Part shown: piece after piece, positions 16,618-26,322 of the stretch
Layout of the letters: each line of letters opens with the position of its first letter
Numbering within the stretch: position 1 is the first letter of the stretch
From: an uncultured bacterium
GTDB taxonomy: Bacteria; Fidelibacterota; UBA2242
NCBI GenBank assembly: GCA_964485475.1
Contig: CAZAKB010000001.1
Span: forward strand, 1 to 59,320
Direction of reading: 5' to 3'
DNA length: 59,320 bases
The notes under the pieces: model-generated
What the model was told of the DNA's origin: nothing
Seen by the model: the letters and a program-made list of their open reading frames with translations, nothing else
Database searches by the model: none
Translations under genes and position numbers: made by a program

Positions 16618-17712
16618 TTGACTACTAAAGAACGAATGCTGGCTGTGTACAATAACCAGCAACCCTATTATATCCCGGTTTCCATATATTCCCGTTTCTT
16701 GAAAAGGGGAACACAGGAACGTGAAGCCCGCCGGCTTGGAATGGGAATAATTGATTATGTTCCGATTACATCTTTGATTGCGCCGCCCTGGCATTTGACG
16801 CAGGGATTCTTCTCGGAAGTAAAAAACGCTGAATTTAATATTCGTTATATCTGGCAAAATGGTGAAATCAGTGAAATCCGTACAATAAACACACCCGTTG
16901 GTTCTGTGTCTCAGCATCTTCGTAAAGATCCATCCTATGGCACTGATTGGGTTGATAAATTCTATATCGCCTGTCCTGAGGATTATAAGGTCATGCAATA
17001 TATTATTGAAAATACCATTAGTCGTCCTAATGAGAAGGCATTGTTGAAAAAACAAAATGAATTGGGGGATGATGGCGTCGTTCTTGGCCGTTTGGATCGA
17101 TGTCCCTTTCAAAAGATGCTGATTGAAATTGCAGGACCGGAGCAGTTCCTGGTAGATATTGCCACAGATTTTGCTCCAGCTATCGAATTATTGGAAGTGC
17201 TTGAGAAAAAAATGGATGAACAACTGGACATAGCGGTTAATTCCGCCGCCGAAATATTCTGGTCGCCGGAAAATGTAACCTGTGATATGACACCGCCATA
17301 CTACTATGAAAAATACTGCCTGCCACATTATAAAAAACGAGCGGAACGTTTAAATAAAACAAACAAACCGCTTTTTTTGCATTTTGATGGTCGTCTGAAA
17401 CCGCTGACAAGACTAATTGCTGATACCCCGATAAACGGAATTGAGTCATACTCTCTGCCTTTGGTGGGTAATGATCTGTCATTTTCTGAGGCCCAGGAAG
17501 CCTGGCCGGGTAAGGCTATCCTTCCGAATTTTCCGTCAACGCTTTGTTTGAAAGATGATTCTGAAATAGAAGCATTTCTTGAACAGATGTTGACCGAGAT
17601 TTTACCACAAACTTCAGTAATGCTTCAGATCAGCGAAGATCTTCCCGAAGAACACTATTATCGGGTATCAAGCCTGTTGGTCAGATTTATGCGGGAAAAG
17701 GGGAGGTATTAA
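16618..17712 (+). CDS. Uroporphyrinogen-decarboxylase (URO-D/MtaA-like) family protein, putative
   Basis: A TTG start gives an N terminus, TKERMLAVYNNQQPYYIPVS, that resembles the family-typical ..ER.LAAL.GE.PDRVPV. Length (364 aa) fits. No further motifs could be verified by eye. Confidence 0.4.
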   Translation: MTTKERMLAVYNNQQPYYIPVSIYSRFLKRGTQEREARRLGMGIIDYVPITSLIAPPWHLTQGFFSEVKNAEFNIRYIWQNGEISEIRTINTPVGSVSQHLRKDPSYGTDWVDKFYIACPEDYKVMQYIIENTISRPNEKALLKKQNELGDDGVVLGRLDRCPFQKMLIEIAGPEQFLVDIATDFAPAIELLEVLEKKMDEQLDIAVNSAAEIFWSPENVTCDMTPPYYYEKYCLPHYKKRAERLNKTNKPLFLHFDGRLKPLTRLIADTPINGIESYSLPLVGNDLSFSEAQEAWPGKAILPNFPSTLCLKDDSEIEAFLEQMLTEILPQTSVMLQISEDLPEEHYYRVSSLLVRFMREKGRY

Positions 17713-17714
17713 AA

Positions 17715-18617
17715 ATGAATAGAGTCAATTCAAGAATAATATCTTTCGCTTTTCTTGCTTTTCTATTGGCAGGCTGTTCTTCAGAAACCGATAATCCAGG
17801 AAAATTGTTCAAGCAGCTGAATGTAATTCCGATCGAAGCCCATCGTGGTGGTGGATTTCTCTTGCCTGAAAATACTTTAGAGACATTTGAATATACCTGG
17901 AACCAGAGATTGTTCCCAGAAGCGGATATTCGGACAAGCAAAGATGATGTAATCATTTGTATGCACGACGATACTCCGAGACGACTAGCACCTGATACAC
18001 CCGTTGATTTAATTGATAAAGATTTCAGTGAGATGAATCTAGCGACGGTTAAGACCCTTGATGTTGGCATCTTTCGTGGCAAACCTGGTGAACGGGTACC
18101 AACTCTGGAAGAGGTTTTTCAGGTTATGCAAGGTAAACCGGAACGGTTTCTAGCGCTTGACTATAAAGATATTGATCTGGATCGGCTGGCTGATATGGTA
18201 AGACAATATCATCTTGAAAAACAGGTTATTTTCACGTCACAGTATTATCATCTGATTCGGGAATGGAAAAAGCGGATTCCGGAATCCCTGACCATGATGT
18301 GGATGGGGACAAAACAAATTGATATCGAAAATAAAATAAGTATGCTAGAGGCTGCTGAATTTAAGGATATTTCAATCATTCAGGTTTACTTTGTGGCCAA
18401 TAAAGAGGCGCAAAATGGTAAAATACTTACGAATGCGAAGTTCTTTGCGGATAAAAGAAAACAAGTAGAAGCACATGATATTTTATTTTTGGTTTTTTCT
18501 TGGAAGGATGATCGGCCGGAAGTCTATCAAGAGCTAAAGGATTTGGGAATACAGGCATTTGCAACGGATTATCCTGAAATGGCTCGAAACGTATATCTGG
18601 GAAACGATAATCAATAG
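17715..18617 (+). CDS. Glycerophosphodiester phosphodiesterase (GDPD family) lipoprotein, second paralogue
   Basis: Lipobox LLAGC. Motifs are AHRGGGFLLPENTLETFE, PEADIRTSKDD and ICMHDDT. It starts 2 nt after the preceding stop. Confidence 0.85.
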   Translation: MNRVNSRIISFAFLAFLLAGCSSETDNPGKLFKQLNVIPIEAHRGGGFLLPENTLETFEYTWNQRLFPEADIRTSKDDVIICMHDDTPRRLAPDTPVDLIDKDFSEMNLATVKTLDVGIFRGKPGERVPTLEEVFQVMQGKPERFLALDYKDIDLDRLADMVRQYHLEKQVIFTSQYYHLIREWKKRIPESLTMMWMGTKQIDIENKISMLEAAEFKDISIIQVYFVANKEAQNGKILTNAKFFADKRKQVEAHDILFLVFSWKDDRPEVYQELKDLGIQAFATDYPEMARNVYLGNDNQ

Positions 18618-18681
18618 ATATTCATTAATTATTAAAATGGTATTAATTTTCAGCAAATCGCTAATTTAGAAAATAGAATAA

Positions 18682-20676
18682 ATGAGTAATATGAAATTAT
18701 TTAGTAATGCAGCAAAATGGCTTCCTTTTTTGACAGTAGTATTGACAATAAACGCAGTCGGTAACGTTCTATTCCGCTACAATTCGGATATTGAAGCCGA
18801 TTCACCGGTTCAGTCACCGGCTACACGAAATCAAATTACGATTCAGGAATATCTGCCGGAAAATGAAATTACTGCCAGGGGACCTTCCGGTTGGGGATTT
18901 GAAACGATGAATGTAACCCTTTTTGCCCGGGATTCATCCTGTATTTATTCACAGAATGAGATCAATACCACATTTTTCAACGATCATGCGATTTCCGGGG
19001 AAATTTGGATTAAACCATATTTATTGAATGGTAACCTGATGACCCTAGTTGACACTTATGGTGACAAGATAATATCTCTCTCGATTATTGACGGTAAAAT
19101 ACACTTTAAACGGAACCTTCAGAATTATATATTTGAGATTCAATCCCCGGATTTTTGTTCCCAGAATGAGTGGAATTATATTCACTGGATCAGTGGTACG
19201 GAAGAGGATACAATTTTCCAGAAACTGTATATTAATCGACAATTGGCTGTTGAGGAACGTCGGGCAATTATTCATTATCCACTTGGGTATGAAGTAATGA
19301 AGGGTTACCTGAAAATTGGTTTCGATGGTTCTTTGGCAAGCAGCGCTTATCGTGGTGAGATTTATGCGGTCGAATTGAAAAACATTGATTCTGGAAACGC
19401 CTATAATAATGCTTACTCCACATCCGATGGCAGCGCTTATTTCGGAATACCGGCATTCCGGTATTATGCCTCCGGTTCCTATATCAGACAAAAAACAATA
19501 AAGTCCTGCAAAGTCCCGGTGTTAAATACAATCTTTACTCCCTATATCAATGACGGCTATATTCCTCAGGGATTAACAAATTCCTATGAAGATGATCGAT
19601 TTAATGGTGACAGTGCTATGCTGTATTTAACGTTATATCATCGAACAATTACTGGAGAAATAGGGCAAAAACGGTCGCTTCTAGTGGAATTGGATCCCAA
19701 TAATGGCTATCAGGTTCGGCGATGCTTTCGCCTGAGCGCCGCTCTTGAAACCGCCCATGTTCCGGCAATGGCTTTTCGTGGTGGGAACATTATTATTACC
19801 AATGGCGGGGTCAGTTATAAACATGAAATCCCGGAATATAGTGGAGCCGGAACAGAGAAATATCAGACGCTGAATTATATCCGCTCAGTTAACATGTATT
19901 CCTCAAGTGCGACCTGTTATTCTGACTCAATCTGGTGCTGTACTTTGTTTGCTGATCAAGTCGGAGAGACTGCTTATCTCGCCGGATACCCGATTGATAG
20001 CACCGGTAATGTCAATCACACTGCGCCACCGAGGTACTACATGATGCCGATGTATGTTCAGGGTGCAGCGTGGACCCGATTCCAGGGTGAAGATTATCTT
20101 TTTGTTTCTGCCAGCTCCGGGGATAATGATTCAAAACTATATCGTTACTCACGAAAAAACCTATCCCGTTGGTTTTTAGCTGATCCCGACACGATATTTT
20201 ATTTACCTGCTGGAACGGAAGATGTGACATTTAACGAAAAAGGAAATTTACTGAACGTCTCGGAATCATCCGCGCTGTACTATTCCAGTCGGACTTCCAA
20301 TCCTTGGTCACAATTTTATCCATTTATTTTTGAAATCCAAAGAGATGTCCTGTTTGCAGATCTAATTAATGGAAGTACCGGCATTCGCTTGGAAAATCAT
20401 AGCACAATTCCCGATGATTTTGAGTTGTCTGCCTATCCAAATCCCTTCAACAACCAATTGAATATTCGGTACCAGATTAAGCCAGTATCAACTTCTCAAA
20501 TAAACATTTTCGACCTTAGCGGACGTTTGGTTGATTCATTTTCAAATATGAATACTACTAATTCCTATACTAATTATATCTGGAACGCTGCCAGCGTCTC
20601 TTCGGGTATTTATTTTGTTCAATTGATTGTAGATAGGATTCCAGCCCAATCAGAGAAAGTAGTTTTGCTTAAATGA
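18682..20676 (+). CDS. Secreted T9SS cargo with an N-terminal LamG-like domain, a central region of unknown function and a type-A CTD
   Basis: It has a signal peptide. A LamG-like pattern is present (ISGEIWIKP...WNYIHWISG...LYINRQL). CTD: AYPNPFNNQLNIRYQ...GIYFVQL...KVVLLK. Confidence 0.6.
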   Translation: MSNMKLFSNAAKWLPFLTVVLTINAVGNVLFRYNSDIEADSPVQSPATRNQITIQEYLPENEITARGPSGWGFETMNVTLFARDSSCIYSQNEINTTFFNDHAISGEIWIKPYLLNGNLMTLVDTYGDKIISLSIIDGKIHFKRNLQNYIFEIQSPDFCSQNEWNYIHWISGTEEDTIFQKLYINRQLAVEERRAIIHYPLGYEVMKGYLKIGFDGSLASSAYRGEIYAVELKNIDSGNAYNNAYSTSDGSAYFGIPAFRYYASGSYIRQKTIKSCKVPVLNTIFTPYINDGYIPQGLTNSYEDDRFNGDSAMLYLTLYHRTITGEIGQKRSLLVELDPNNGYQVRRCFRLSAALETAHVPAMAFRGGNIIITNGGVSYKHEIPEYSGAGTEKYQTLNYIRSVNMYSSSATCYSDSIWCCTLFADQVGETAYLAGYPIDSTGNVNHTAPPRYYMMPMYVQGAAWTRFQGEDYLFVSASSGDNDSKLYRYSRKNLSRWFLADPDTIFYLPAGTEDVTFNEKGNLLNVSESSALYYSSRTSNPWSQFYPFIFEIQRDVLFADLINGSTGIRLENHSTIPDDFELSAYPNPFNNQLNIRYQIKPVSTSQINIFDLSGRLVDSFSNMNTTNSYTNYIWNAASVSSGIYFVQLIVDRIPAQSEKVVLLK

Positions 20677-22244
20677 AACTTGTGTCAAAATTTCATTTAC
20701 CGGTCATGGTTATAGCAATATTATTGACTGCATCGTGCAGTAAACCACGGTTAGAGCCAGATTCACCAATTCTGGCAAAGGTCGGTGATAATCGGATTAC
20801 CGTAAAAAGTTTTACAGAAAGTTATAGCTTTGGCCCTTCCGTATTGAAAAGTGTTTCCGGTGCTAAAGAGAACTATTTAAAGGCTATGATAAACGAAGAA
20901 ATTCTGGCCCAATTACCGGAAGTGAATACGTTGCAGTCAAAACCAATCGTCCAAAAATCTTTGCGTTTACTGAAACAAGAATTGCTGGTTGAAAAATTAT
21001 TTAATGTTGAAGTTGGTGAAAAAGTATCTGTCAGCGACGAGGAGATTCGGGAAGCAGTTATTAAATCCGCTTATGAAAATAAAGTGAAGTACATCTATAC
21101 CGATGATCTTAAAGAGGCACAGCAATTTGAGAAAGAATTAAGTGCAGGGGCAGATTTCGACAGCCTGCTAGCGGGAAAACTCGGGCGAATAGGCATAACT
21201 CTTGAAAATGGCGAGACCGATTTTATTGGTTACGGTGAGCTGCAAGAGCCGTTTAACAAAACTATTTTTAATATTGAACTGAACGATGTTACCCCGATAA
21301 TTCCTAATGGTAAAGGCTATTACATCATCAAAAAAACAGATTCCCGCAAGATGATTATTTCGGAAATGGACTTTGCGACGTACAGGCACCGTTATGAGCA
21401 AATAATTCGTTATAAAAAGGACCGGGTCCAGACCGGCAAATTCCTGGCTGAATTTATGGATCCCAAAGAACTGATTGTGGACGGTAAGATTTTTACCACA
21501 TTGGTCAATACAATTTATCCGATTACTATTCAGTCACCATCGGATTCTCTTTTAACTCAAAACCAAAACGGAACTGACATTAGTCCATTTGGTCAAATAT
21601 CCAACAATCTCTTGGATTATTATGATTTGCCCGTAGTACGATTTAAAGGGGGGAATTGGACAGTCCGAGAACTACTGTATCATTTATCCTATCGGCCGCT
21701 TGATTTACGATCGACAAGCATTGAAGATTTTGCAGGAAAATTGCGGAGCATCATTGGCCTGACTGTGCGTGATGTATTTATGGAGGAAGAGGCGTTGAAG
21801 CGGAATTATGATCGTGATCCGCAAATTCGGTATGAATTGGACCGTTGGGAGCGGAAATACACGAGCCAGGTTTTTATAGATTCGATCAGGGCACAATGCA
21901 TTCCCGATGCTGCAGAAGTTCAATCACTGTTTAATAATTCCGCATATGGGTCAAATATTAAATTTAATCAGGTTGAGGTTTACTTAACGAACCTGATTAG
22001 GATGAAAAAGACCCATGGTCAGCTTAGAGAGTTAATTAATGCGAGTGGGATTGAGGTCACAACCTATCCTGAAAACTTGAAATCCGTTGAAGTCGATGAA
22101 CCACGAGCTGGTCGTTTACCGGATGTAAAACTGTATAAACTTGGTTTACCCTATTTTCGGGAAGCGTTTCCGACACCCGATATTTTATGGAGTGCCGATG
22201 AATTGTATCATAATATTTATCGGGAATCTGAACAATCAGAATAA
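20673..22244 (+). CDS. Parvulin-type peptidyl-prolyl isomerase lipoprotein (SurA/PpiD-like chaperone)
   Basis: Lipobox LTASC. It has an N-terminal SurA-like chaperone segment and a PpiC-like segment (GETDFIGYGELQEPFNKTIF...GKGYYIIKKTD). Its ATG overlaps the upstream stop (ATGA), which suggests translational coupling. Confidence 0.65.
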   Translation: MKLVSKFHLPVMVIAILLTASCSKPRLEPDSPILAKVGDNRITVKSFTESYSFGPSVLKSVSGAKENYLKAMINEEILAQLPEVNTLQSKPIVQKSLRLLKQELLVEKLFNVEVGEKVSVSDEEIREAVIKSAYENKVKYIYTDDLKEAQQFEKELSAGADFDSLLAGKLGRIGITLENGETDFIGYGELQEPFNKTIFNIELNDVTPIIPNGKGYYIIKKTDSRKMIISEMDFATYRHRYEQIIRYKKDRVQTGKFLAEFMDPKELIVDGKIFTTLVNTIYPITIQSPSDSLLTQNQNGTDISPFGQISNNLLDYYDLPVVRFKGGNWTVRELLYHLSYRPLDLRSTSIEDFAGKLRSIIGLTVRDVFMEEEALKRNYDRDPQIRYELDRWERKYTSQVFIDSIRAQCIPDAAEVQSLFNNSAYGSNIKFNQVEVYLTNLIRMKKTHGQLRELINASGIEVTTYPENLKSVEVDEPRAGRLPDVKLYKLGLPYFREAFPTPDILWSADELYHNIYRESEQSE

Positions 22245-22283
22245 TTATTGTGCGGGTGTAATCGAAATAATAGAGGAGTTATT

Positions 22284-23078
22284 GTGAATAGAGTGAGATT
22301 CAGGTTAACATTTGTGATTGTAAGTGTATTCATTGTGAATTCGGTTGTTTTTGGTTGGGGAAAGGAAAATCACGGAAATATAACCCGGGCGGCGTTTGAT
22401 TTATTATCAAAGCGTGAACAGCTGATGTTCGGTAGTGCCGCAGATTCATTGATAAATCATTACTGCCTGAATCCTGATAATCATCGCTGGGCTGTTCGGA
22501 ATAAAGTACAGGATATGATCACTTTTTATGATCCCTACGTTAATTTACTCCTTCTTCAAAACCAGAAACAATGGCATAAGAATGACGATGAAAATAGTGA
22601 GGTATGTTTTTATATCACGACAAAATTGATGCACGAAGCAATCCAAAATCTACGGGAAAAGAAACCTTTGGAAGCGGCCAAGTATCTTGGATCGCTGGCC
22701 CACTTTATCGAGGACAATGTTTGTCCAGTACACGTTCTGCCCGATGCGATCATTCAGCAGCTGATGCCATCACCGGATTATCCAAATAAGATGGACATAC
22801 ACCGGAAAGTTGAGAGGCCGACTTTTCCGATAAATCTGGAAGGCTATAAACCTGTGCTGTTGGGCGAGAATCTGGTGGAGGCTTCGGAGGCAATCTATCC
22901 ACGCTTTAAGGAAAACCGGCTCAATTCCCGGGCCCAGTTGGTCCCTCTGATCCAGGCGATGTACGCCGAAGATGAGGTAAAAACGAATAAGTACCGTGCA
23001 GCAGCAGCTGAACCGGCGGCGAAATTATATGCGGATATTTTACACACGGTTTGTTCCATTGCCCAAGAAGACAAGTAG
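22284..23078 (+). CDS. Secreted S1/P1-type zinc nuclease (phospholipase C/P1 nuclease superfamily), putative
   Basis: GTG at 22284 lies 5 nt after GAGGAG. A 24-aa signal peptide ends ..VVFG and is immediately followed by WGKENH, matching the mature N-terminal W-G-x-x-x-H of P1 nuclease. HFIEDNVCPVH matches the HF[IV]GD..QP.H zinc motif. Length is about 265 aa. Confidence 0.55.
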   Translation: MNRVRFRLTFVIVSVFIVNSVVFGWGKENHGNITRAAFDLLSKREQLMFGSAADSLINHYCLNPDNHRWAVRNKVQDMITFYDPYVNLLLLQNQKQWHKNDDENSEVCFYITTKLMHEAIQNLREKKPLEAAKYLGSLAHFIEDNVCPVHVLPDAIIQQLMPSPDYPNKMDIHRKVERPTFPINLEGYKPVLLGENLVEASEAIYPRFKENRLNSRAQLVPLIQAMYAEDEVKTNKYRAAAAEPAAKLYADILHTVCSIAQEDK

Positions 23079-23118
23079 ATCCCTCAATCTTATCGATAAA
23101 GATATAAGGAAACGGAAG

Positions 23119-24546
23119 ATGTTTTCAACACGCAGAAATATCATTGCCCTTTTAAGTATATTGGGACTTTTCTCTTGTGGAAGTAGAAAAGATGCTTTAG
23201 ACATTGGTCATACTGACAAATCTGTTCTGGAGGCGAAAAAGATTGCTGAAGTCGGTGGTTTTCGCTGGGACATGGCTTCAGGTGTTTCAATCAAGGTTTT
23301 ATTGAACCAGCATCCCTATGCCGAGGCGATCATACAAAAGATTCCGGATTTTGAAAAGTTCACCGGAATCGAGGTTGACTATGCCATTACCCCCGAGGAA
23401 AATTATTTTGATAAAGTGACGACTTCACTCAATAGCCGGACCGGTGAGCCCGATATTTTTATGACTGGCGCTTATCAGGTCTGGGAGTATGCCGGGGCGA
23501 ATTTTATTCAGAGTTTGGATCCGTTCATCCAGGATTCCAACCTGCTGAATCCGGATTATCGAATTGATGATATTTATCCGGGCGTGTTGGGAACTTTGCG
23601 CTGGGACCGTGTACCGGGACACTTGACGGGCACAGGTTCGCAATGGGCCTTGCCGCTTGGATTTGAACTCTATTCGTTGGCCTATAACAAAGTCGTCTTT
23701 GAAAAATTCGGTTTGAAACCGCCCAAAACCATAGCCGAGCTGATCAAGATTTGTGAGACGCTGCAGGAATTTGACGGACGAGGAAGCTATCCCATCGCCT
23801 TGCGGGGGTCCCGCAACTGGGGCACGATTCATCCCGGATTCATGAGCACCTTTGCCAATTACGGTGCCCGTGATTTCGCGGTCGAAAACGGAAAACTCGT
23901 ATCAAAAGTCAACTCTCCGGAATCGGTAAAAATGACTGAAGATTGGGTAAAACTTATCAAAATCGGCGGTTCGCCGTCATGGTCCAGCTACACCTGGTAC
24001 CAAGCCGGTGCTGATCTGGGTGCCGGAAAAGCGGCGATGCTCTTCGATGCGGACATCAATGGTTACTTTCAGACAGGCAAAGGGGCTTCCAAAGAGGCTG
24101 TAAATATCGCTTGGGCCGTGATGCCATTATCGGAAGGACAAAAGGAGATCAATTCCAATTTGTGGACCTGGGCAATCGCCATGAATAAAGCCTCTAATAA
24201 TAAATTGGCGGCCTGGTTATTTCTGCAATATTTTACCAGTGCAGACTATTCACTCTGGTCGGCATTGGAAATGAATGCGGTTGATCCGGCCCGTAAGAGT
24301 GTTTGGGATAATCCTGATTTTAAATTAAAAATGGCCGATCGGGAAGGCTATTATGAAACCTTTATATCTACTATTGACGGTACCCGGATTCTGTTTACGC
24401 CTCAGCCGCATTTCTTTGAAACAACAACGGAATGGGCTGCGACGCTGCAAAGTATTGTCGCCGGAAAATACTCTTCAGTTCAGGAAGGCCTGGATATTTT
24501 GAAGAAAAAAATGGACGAAGCCGTCGAAGATATTATTATCGAATAA
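23119..24546 (+). CDS. ABC transporter substrate-binding lipoprotein (CUT1 / family-1 solute-binding protein)
   Basis: An internal ATG gives MFSTRRNIIALLSILGLFSCGS, with a lipobox. The family-1 SBP pattern is present (DIFMTG, WALPLG, AMLFD). The longer ORF starting at 22996 overlaps the nuclease gene. Confidence 0.8.
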   Translation: MFSTRRNIIALLSILGLFSCGSRKDALDIGHTDKSVLEAKKIAEVGGFRWDMASGVSIKVLLNQHPYAEAIIQKIPDFEKFTGIEVDYAITPEENYFDKVTTSLNSRTGEPDIFMTGAYQVWEYAGANFIQSLDPFIQDSNLLNPDYRIDDIYPGVLGTLRWDRVPGHLTGTGSQWALPLGFELYSLAYNKVVFEKFGLKPPKTIAELIKICETLQEFDGRGSYPIALRGSRNWGTIHPGFMSTFANYGARDFAVENGKLVSKVNSPESVKMTEDWVKLIKIGGSPSWSSYTWYQAGADLGAGKAAMLFDADINGYFQTGKGASKEAVNIAWAVMPLSEGQKEINSNLWTWAIAMNKASNNKLAAWLFLQYFTSADYSLWSALEMNAVDPARKSVWDNPDFKLKMADREGYYETFISTIDGTRILFTPQPHFFETTTEWAATLQSIVAGKYSSVQEGLDILKKKMDEAVEDIIIE

Positions 24547-24564
24547 CCAATTACTGATATATTC

Positions 24565-25485
24565 ATGCAAGCCGGGCTGATCAATTCTGACACCAATTTT
24601 AGTAAAAAGCCGTTTCTGGTAAAAGCCAGACCTTATCTGATAATGACCCCGGCGTTGTTAATCACGATCGGCATTCTCTATCCCTTTTTTACGGCGATTT
24701 TTTATTCACTGACGAATTATTCTTTCCGGGCAACAACATTCCGATTCGTAGGTCTGAAAAACTGGACTCAGATGTTCATGGAACCGGAATTCTGGCATGC
24801 GATTCTGGTGACTGGAAAATATGCCTTGGCGACCACCGGCTCCGAAATGCTGCTGGGCTTGGGAATTGCATTATTGCTGAGCAAGGAAAGCAAGTTCACC
24901 CGGTTGTTACGGGTTTTGCTGATATTTCCCCTGATGATAGCCCCGGTCATTGCTACAATTATCTGGCAGTTGATGACCAATAATTCTGTAGGCATTCTGG
25001 AAAAATTTCTGAATCTCTTTGGAGTCTATAATTTTCCTTGGGCGTCATCAGCAAAAACCGCTTTATTGACTGCGACATTGATCGATGTCTGGGTCTATGC
25101 GCCCTTTGTCATTTTATTGATTTTGGCGGGACTGCAATCGCTGCCGAAATCGCCATTTGAAGCAGCCAAAATTGATGGTGGTTCGGCCTGGTTTACTTTT
25201 CGGACACTGACTCTGCCGATGTTGAAACCTTTCATGTATATCGCCCTGATTTTCCGTCTTATGGCTTCTCTGCAGGAATTTGCGATTATCTTCGCATTGA
25301 CCAAAGGAGGGCCTGGAAACACGTTGATGAATCTTTCGATTACCGGATATACGACTGGATTTGCGTATCTTAAATTTGGTGAATCTCTACCTTACGTGTT
25401 GACGCTCTGGCTCATCATCTATCTGATCAGCCGTAAACTGGTAGCAAAATGGTTGCTGGTGCAGAAAACGGCAGGCGGGAATTAA
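24565..25485 (+). CDS. ABC transporter permease (MalF/UgpA-like)
   Basis: It has six predicted TM segments and the EAA loop FEAAKIDGGSAWFTFRTLTLPMLKP. Confidence 0.85.
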   Translation: MQAGLINSDTNFSKKPFLVKARPYLIMTPALLITIGILYPFFTAIFYSLTNYSFRATTFRFVGLKNWTQMFMEPEFWHAILVTGKYALATTGSEMLLGLGIALLLSKESKFTRLLRVLLIFPLMIAPVIATIIWQLMTNNSVGILEKFLNLFGVYNFPWASSAKTALLTATLIDVWVYAPFVILLILAGLQSLPKSPFEAAKIDGGSAWFTFRTLTLPMLKPFMYIALIFRLMASLQEFAIIFALTKGGPGNTLMNLSITGYTTGFAYLKFGESLPYVLTLWLIIYLISRKLVAKWLLVQKTAGGN

Positions 25486-25488
25486 TTT

Positions 25489-26316
25489 ATGAATGCAAAA
25501 ATCAGAAGAACGTCTGTTTCTGTTGTCCGCAATACCTTACTGACACTTTATGCTCTGTTTGCATTGTTTCCGATTTTCTGGATGGTCCTGATTACGTTTA
25601 AAAGCGACTCGGAGATGTATACAACGACATTTCTATTCCATCCCACCCTGCACAATTACAAAGAAGTGCTGCTGCGGACCGATTATTTCCAGGCTTTTCT
25701 GGATAATATTATCGTCAGTAGTGGGGCGGTATTGGTATCTGTGTTAGTTGGCGTTCCGGCGGCCTATGCGCTGGCGCGCTACAAATTCAAGGGCAAGGAA
25801 GACCTGGCGTTTACGATCTTATCTTTCAAGTTTGCCCCGGAAATCCTGGTGATTCTGCCGCTGTTTATGGTCTACCAGGCGCTGGGCATTTATGATACCT
25901 ATTTCGGTTTGATCTGGGTGTATCAACTGATCACGATGCCGCTGCTGATCTGGGTAGTGCGAGGCTATTTTGAAGACATTAATGTTGAAATTGAACAAGC
26001 CGCTCAACTGGATGGTTATCCGTGGCATAGTGTTTTTCTGAAGATCCTGTTACCCTTGATTAAACCGGGACTTGTCGCGGCAGGACTGCTGGCGTTTATT
26101 TTTGCCTGGAACAGCTTCACATTTCCATTATTGCTGAGTGGTTTTAGAATTGAAACGGTAACGGTGGCCTCGCTGAAGTATATCGCTTCGGATACGGTTC
26201 ATTACGGACAGATGGCCGTGGCTGCAACGGTGGCGGCACTCCCGGAAGTGATTTTGGCCTTATTAATCCAAAAGCATCTCGTCAGAGGATTGAGTTTTGG
26301 CGCGGTAAAAGGATAG
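25489..26316 (+). CDS. ABC transporter permease (MalG/UgpE-like)
   Basis: EAA loop is EQAAQLDGYPWHSVFLKILLPLIKPG. It starts 3 nt after the upstream stop. Confidence 0.85.
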   Translation: MNAKIRRTSVSVVRNTLLTLYALFALFPIFWMVLITFKSDSEMYTTTFLFHPTLHNYKEVLLRTDYFQAFLDNIIVSSGAVLVSVLVGVPAAYALARYKFKGKEDLAFTILSFKFAPEILVILPLFMVYQALGIYDTYFGLIWVYQLITMPLLIWVVRGYFEDINVEIEQAAQLDGYPWHSVFLKILLPLIKPGLVAAGLLAFIFAWNSFTFPLLLSGFRIETVTVASLKYIASDTVHYGQMAVAATVAALPEVILALLIQKHLVRGLSFGAVKG

Positions 26317-26322
26317 GATACG

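Noticed and set aside
16570-17112. A 180-aa ORF on the - strand, antisense to the URO-D-like gene.
   Set aside because: It is shorter than the 364-aa + strand ORF it overlaps. It has no recognisable motifs and would break the uniform + strand operon. The + strand product has a family-like N terminus.
17687-18082. A 131-aa - strand ORF overlapping the second GDPD gene.
   Set aside because: The + strand frame encodes unmistakable GDPD catalytic motifs. The antisense product is S/R-rich with no signal or motifs.
19045-19491. A 148-aa - strand ORF and small + and - strand ORFs (19088-19297, 19268-19456) inside the LamG/T9SS gene.
   Set aside because: They are embedded in a 664-aa ORF that has a signal peptide and a canonical T9SS CTD. 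They are typical chance ORFs in AT-rich sequence.
22996-23118. An N-terminal extension of the SBP ORF (start 22996) that overlaps the nuclease gene by 83 nt.
   Set aside because: The extension (MQQQLNRRRNYMRIFYTRF...) is not signal-like. The internal ATG at 23119 yields a textbook lipoprotein signal (LGLFSCGS) and removes the overlap.
23425-23832. A 135-aa - strand ORF inside the solute-binding protein gene.
   Set aside because: It is antisense to a well-supported family-1 SBP. It has no independent evidence.
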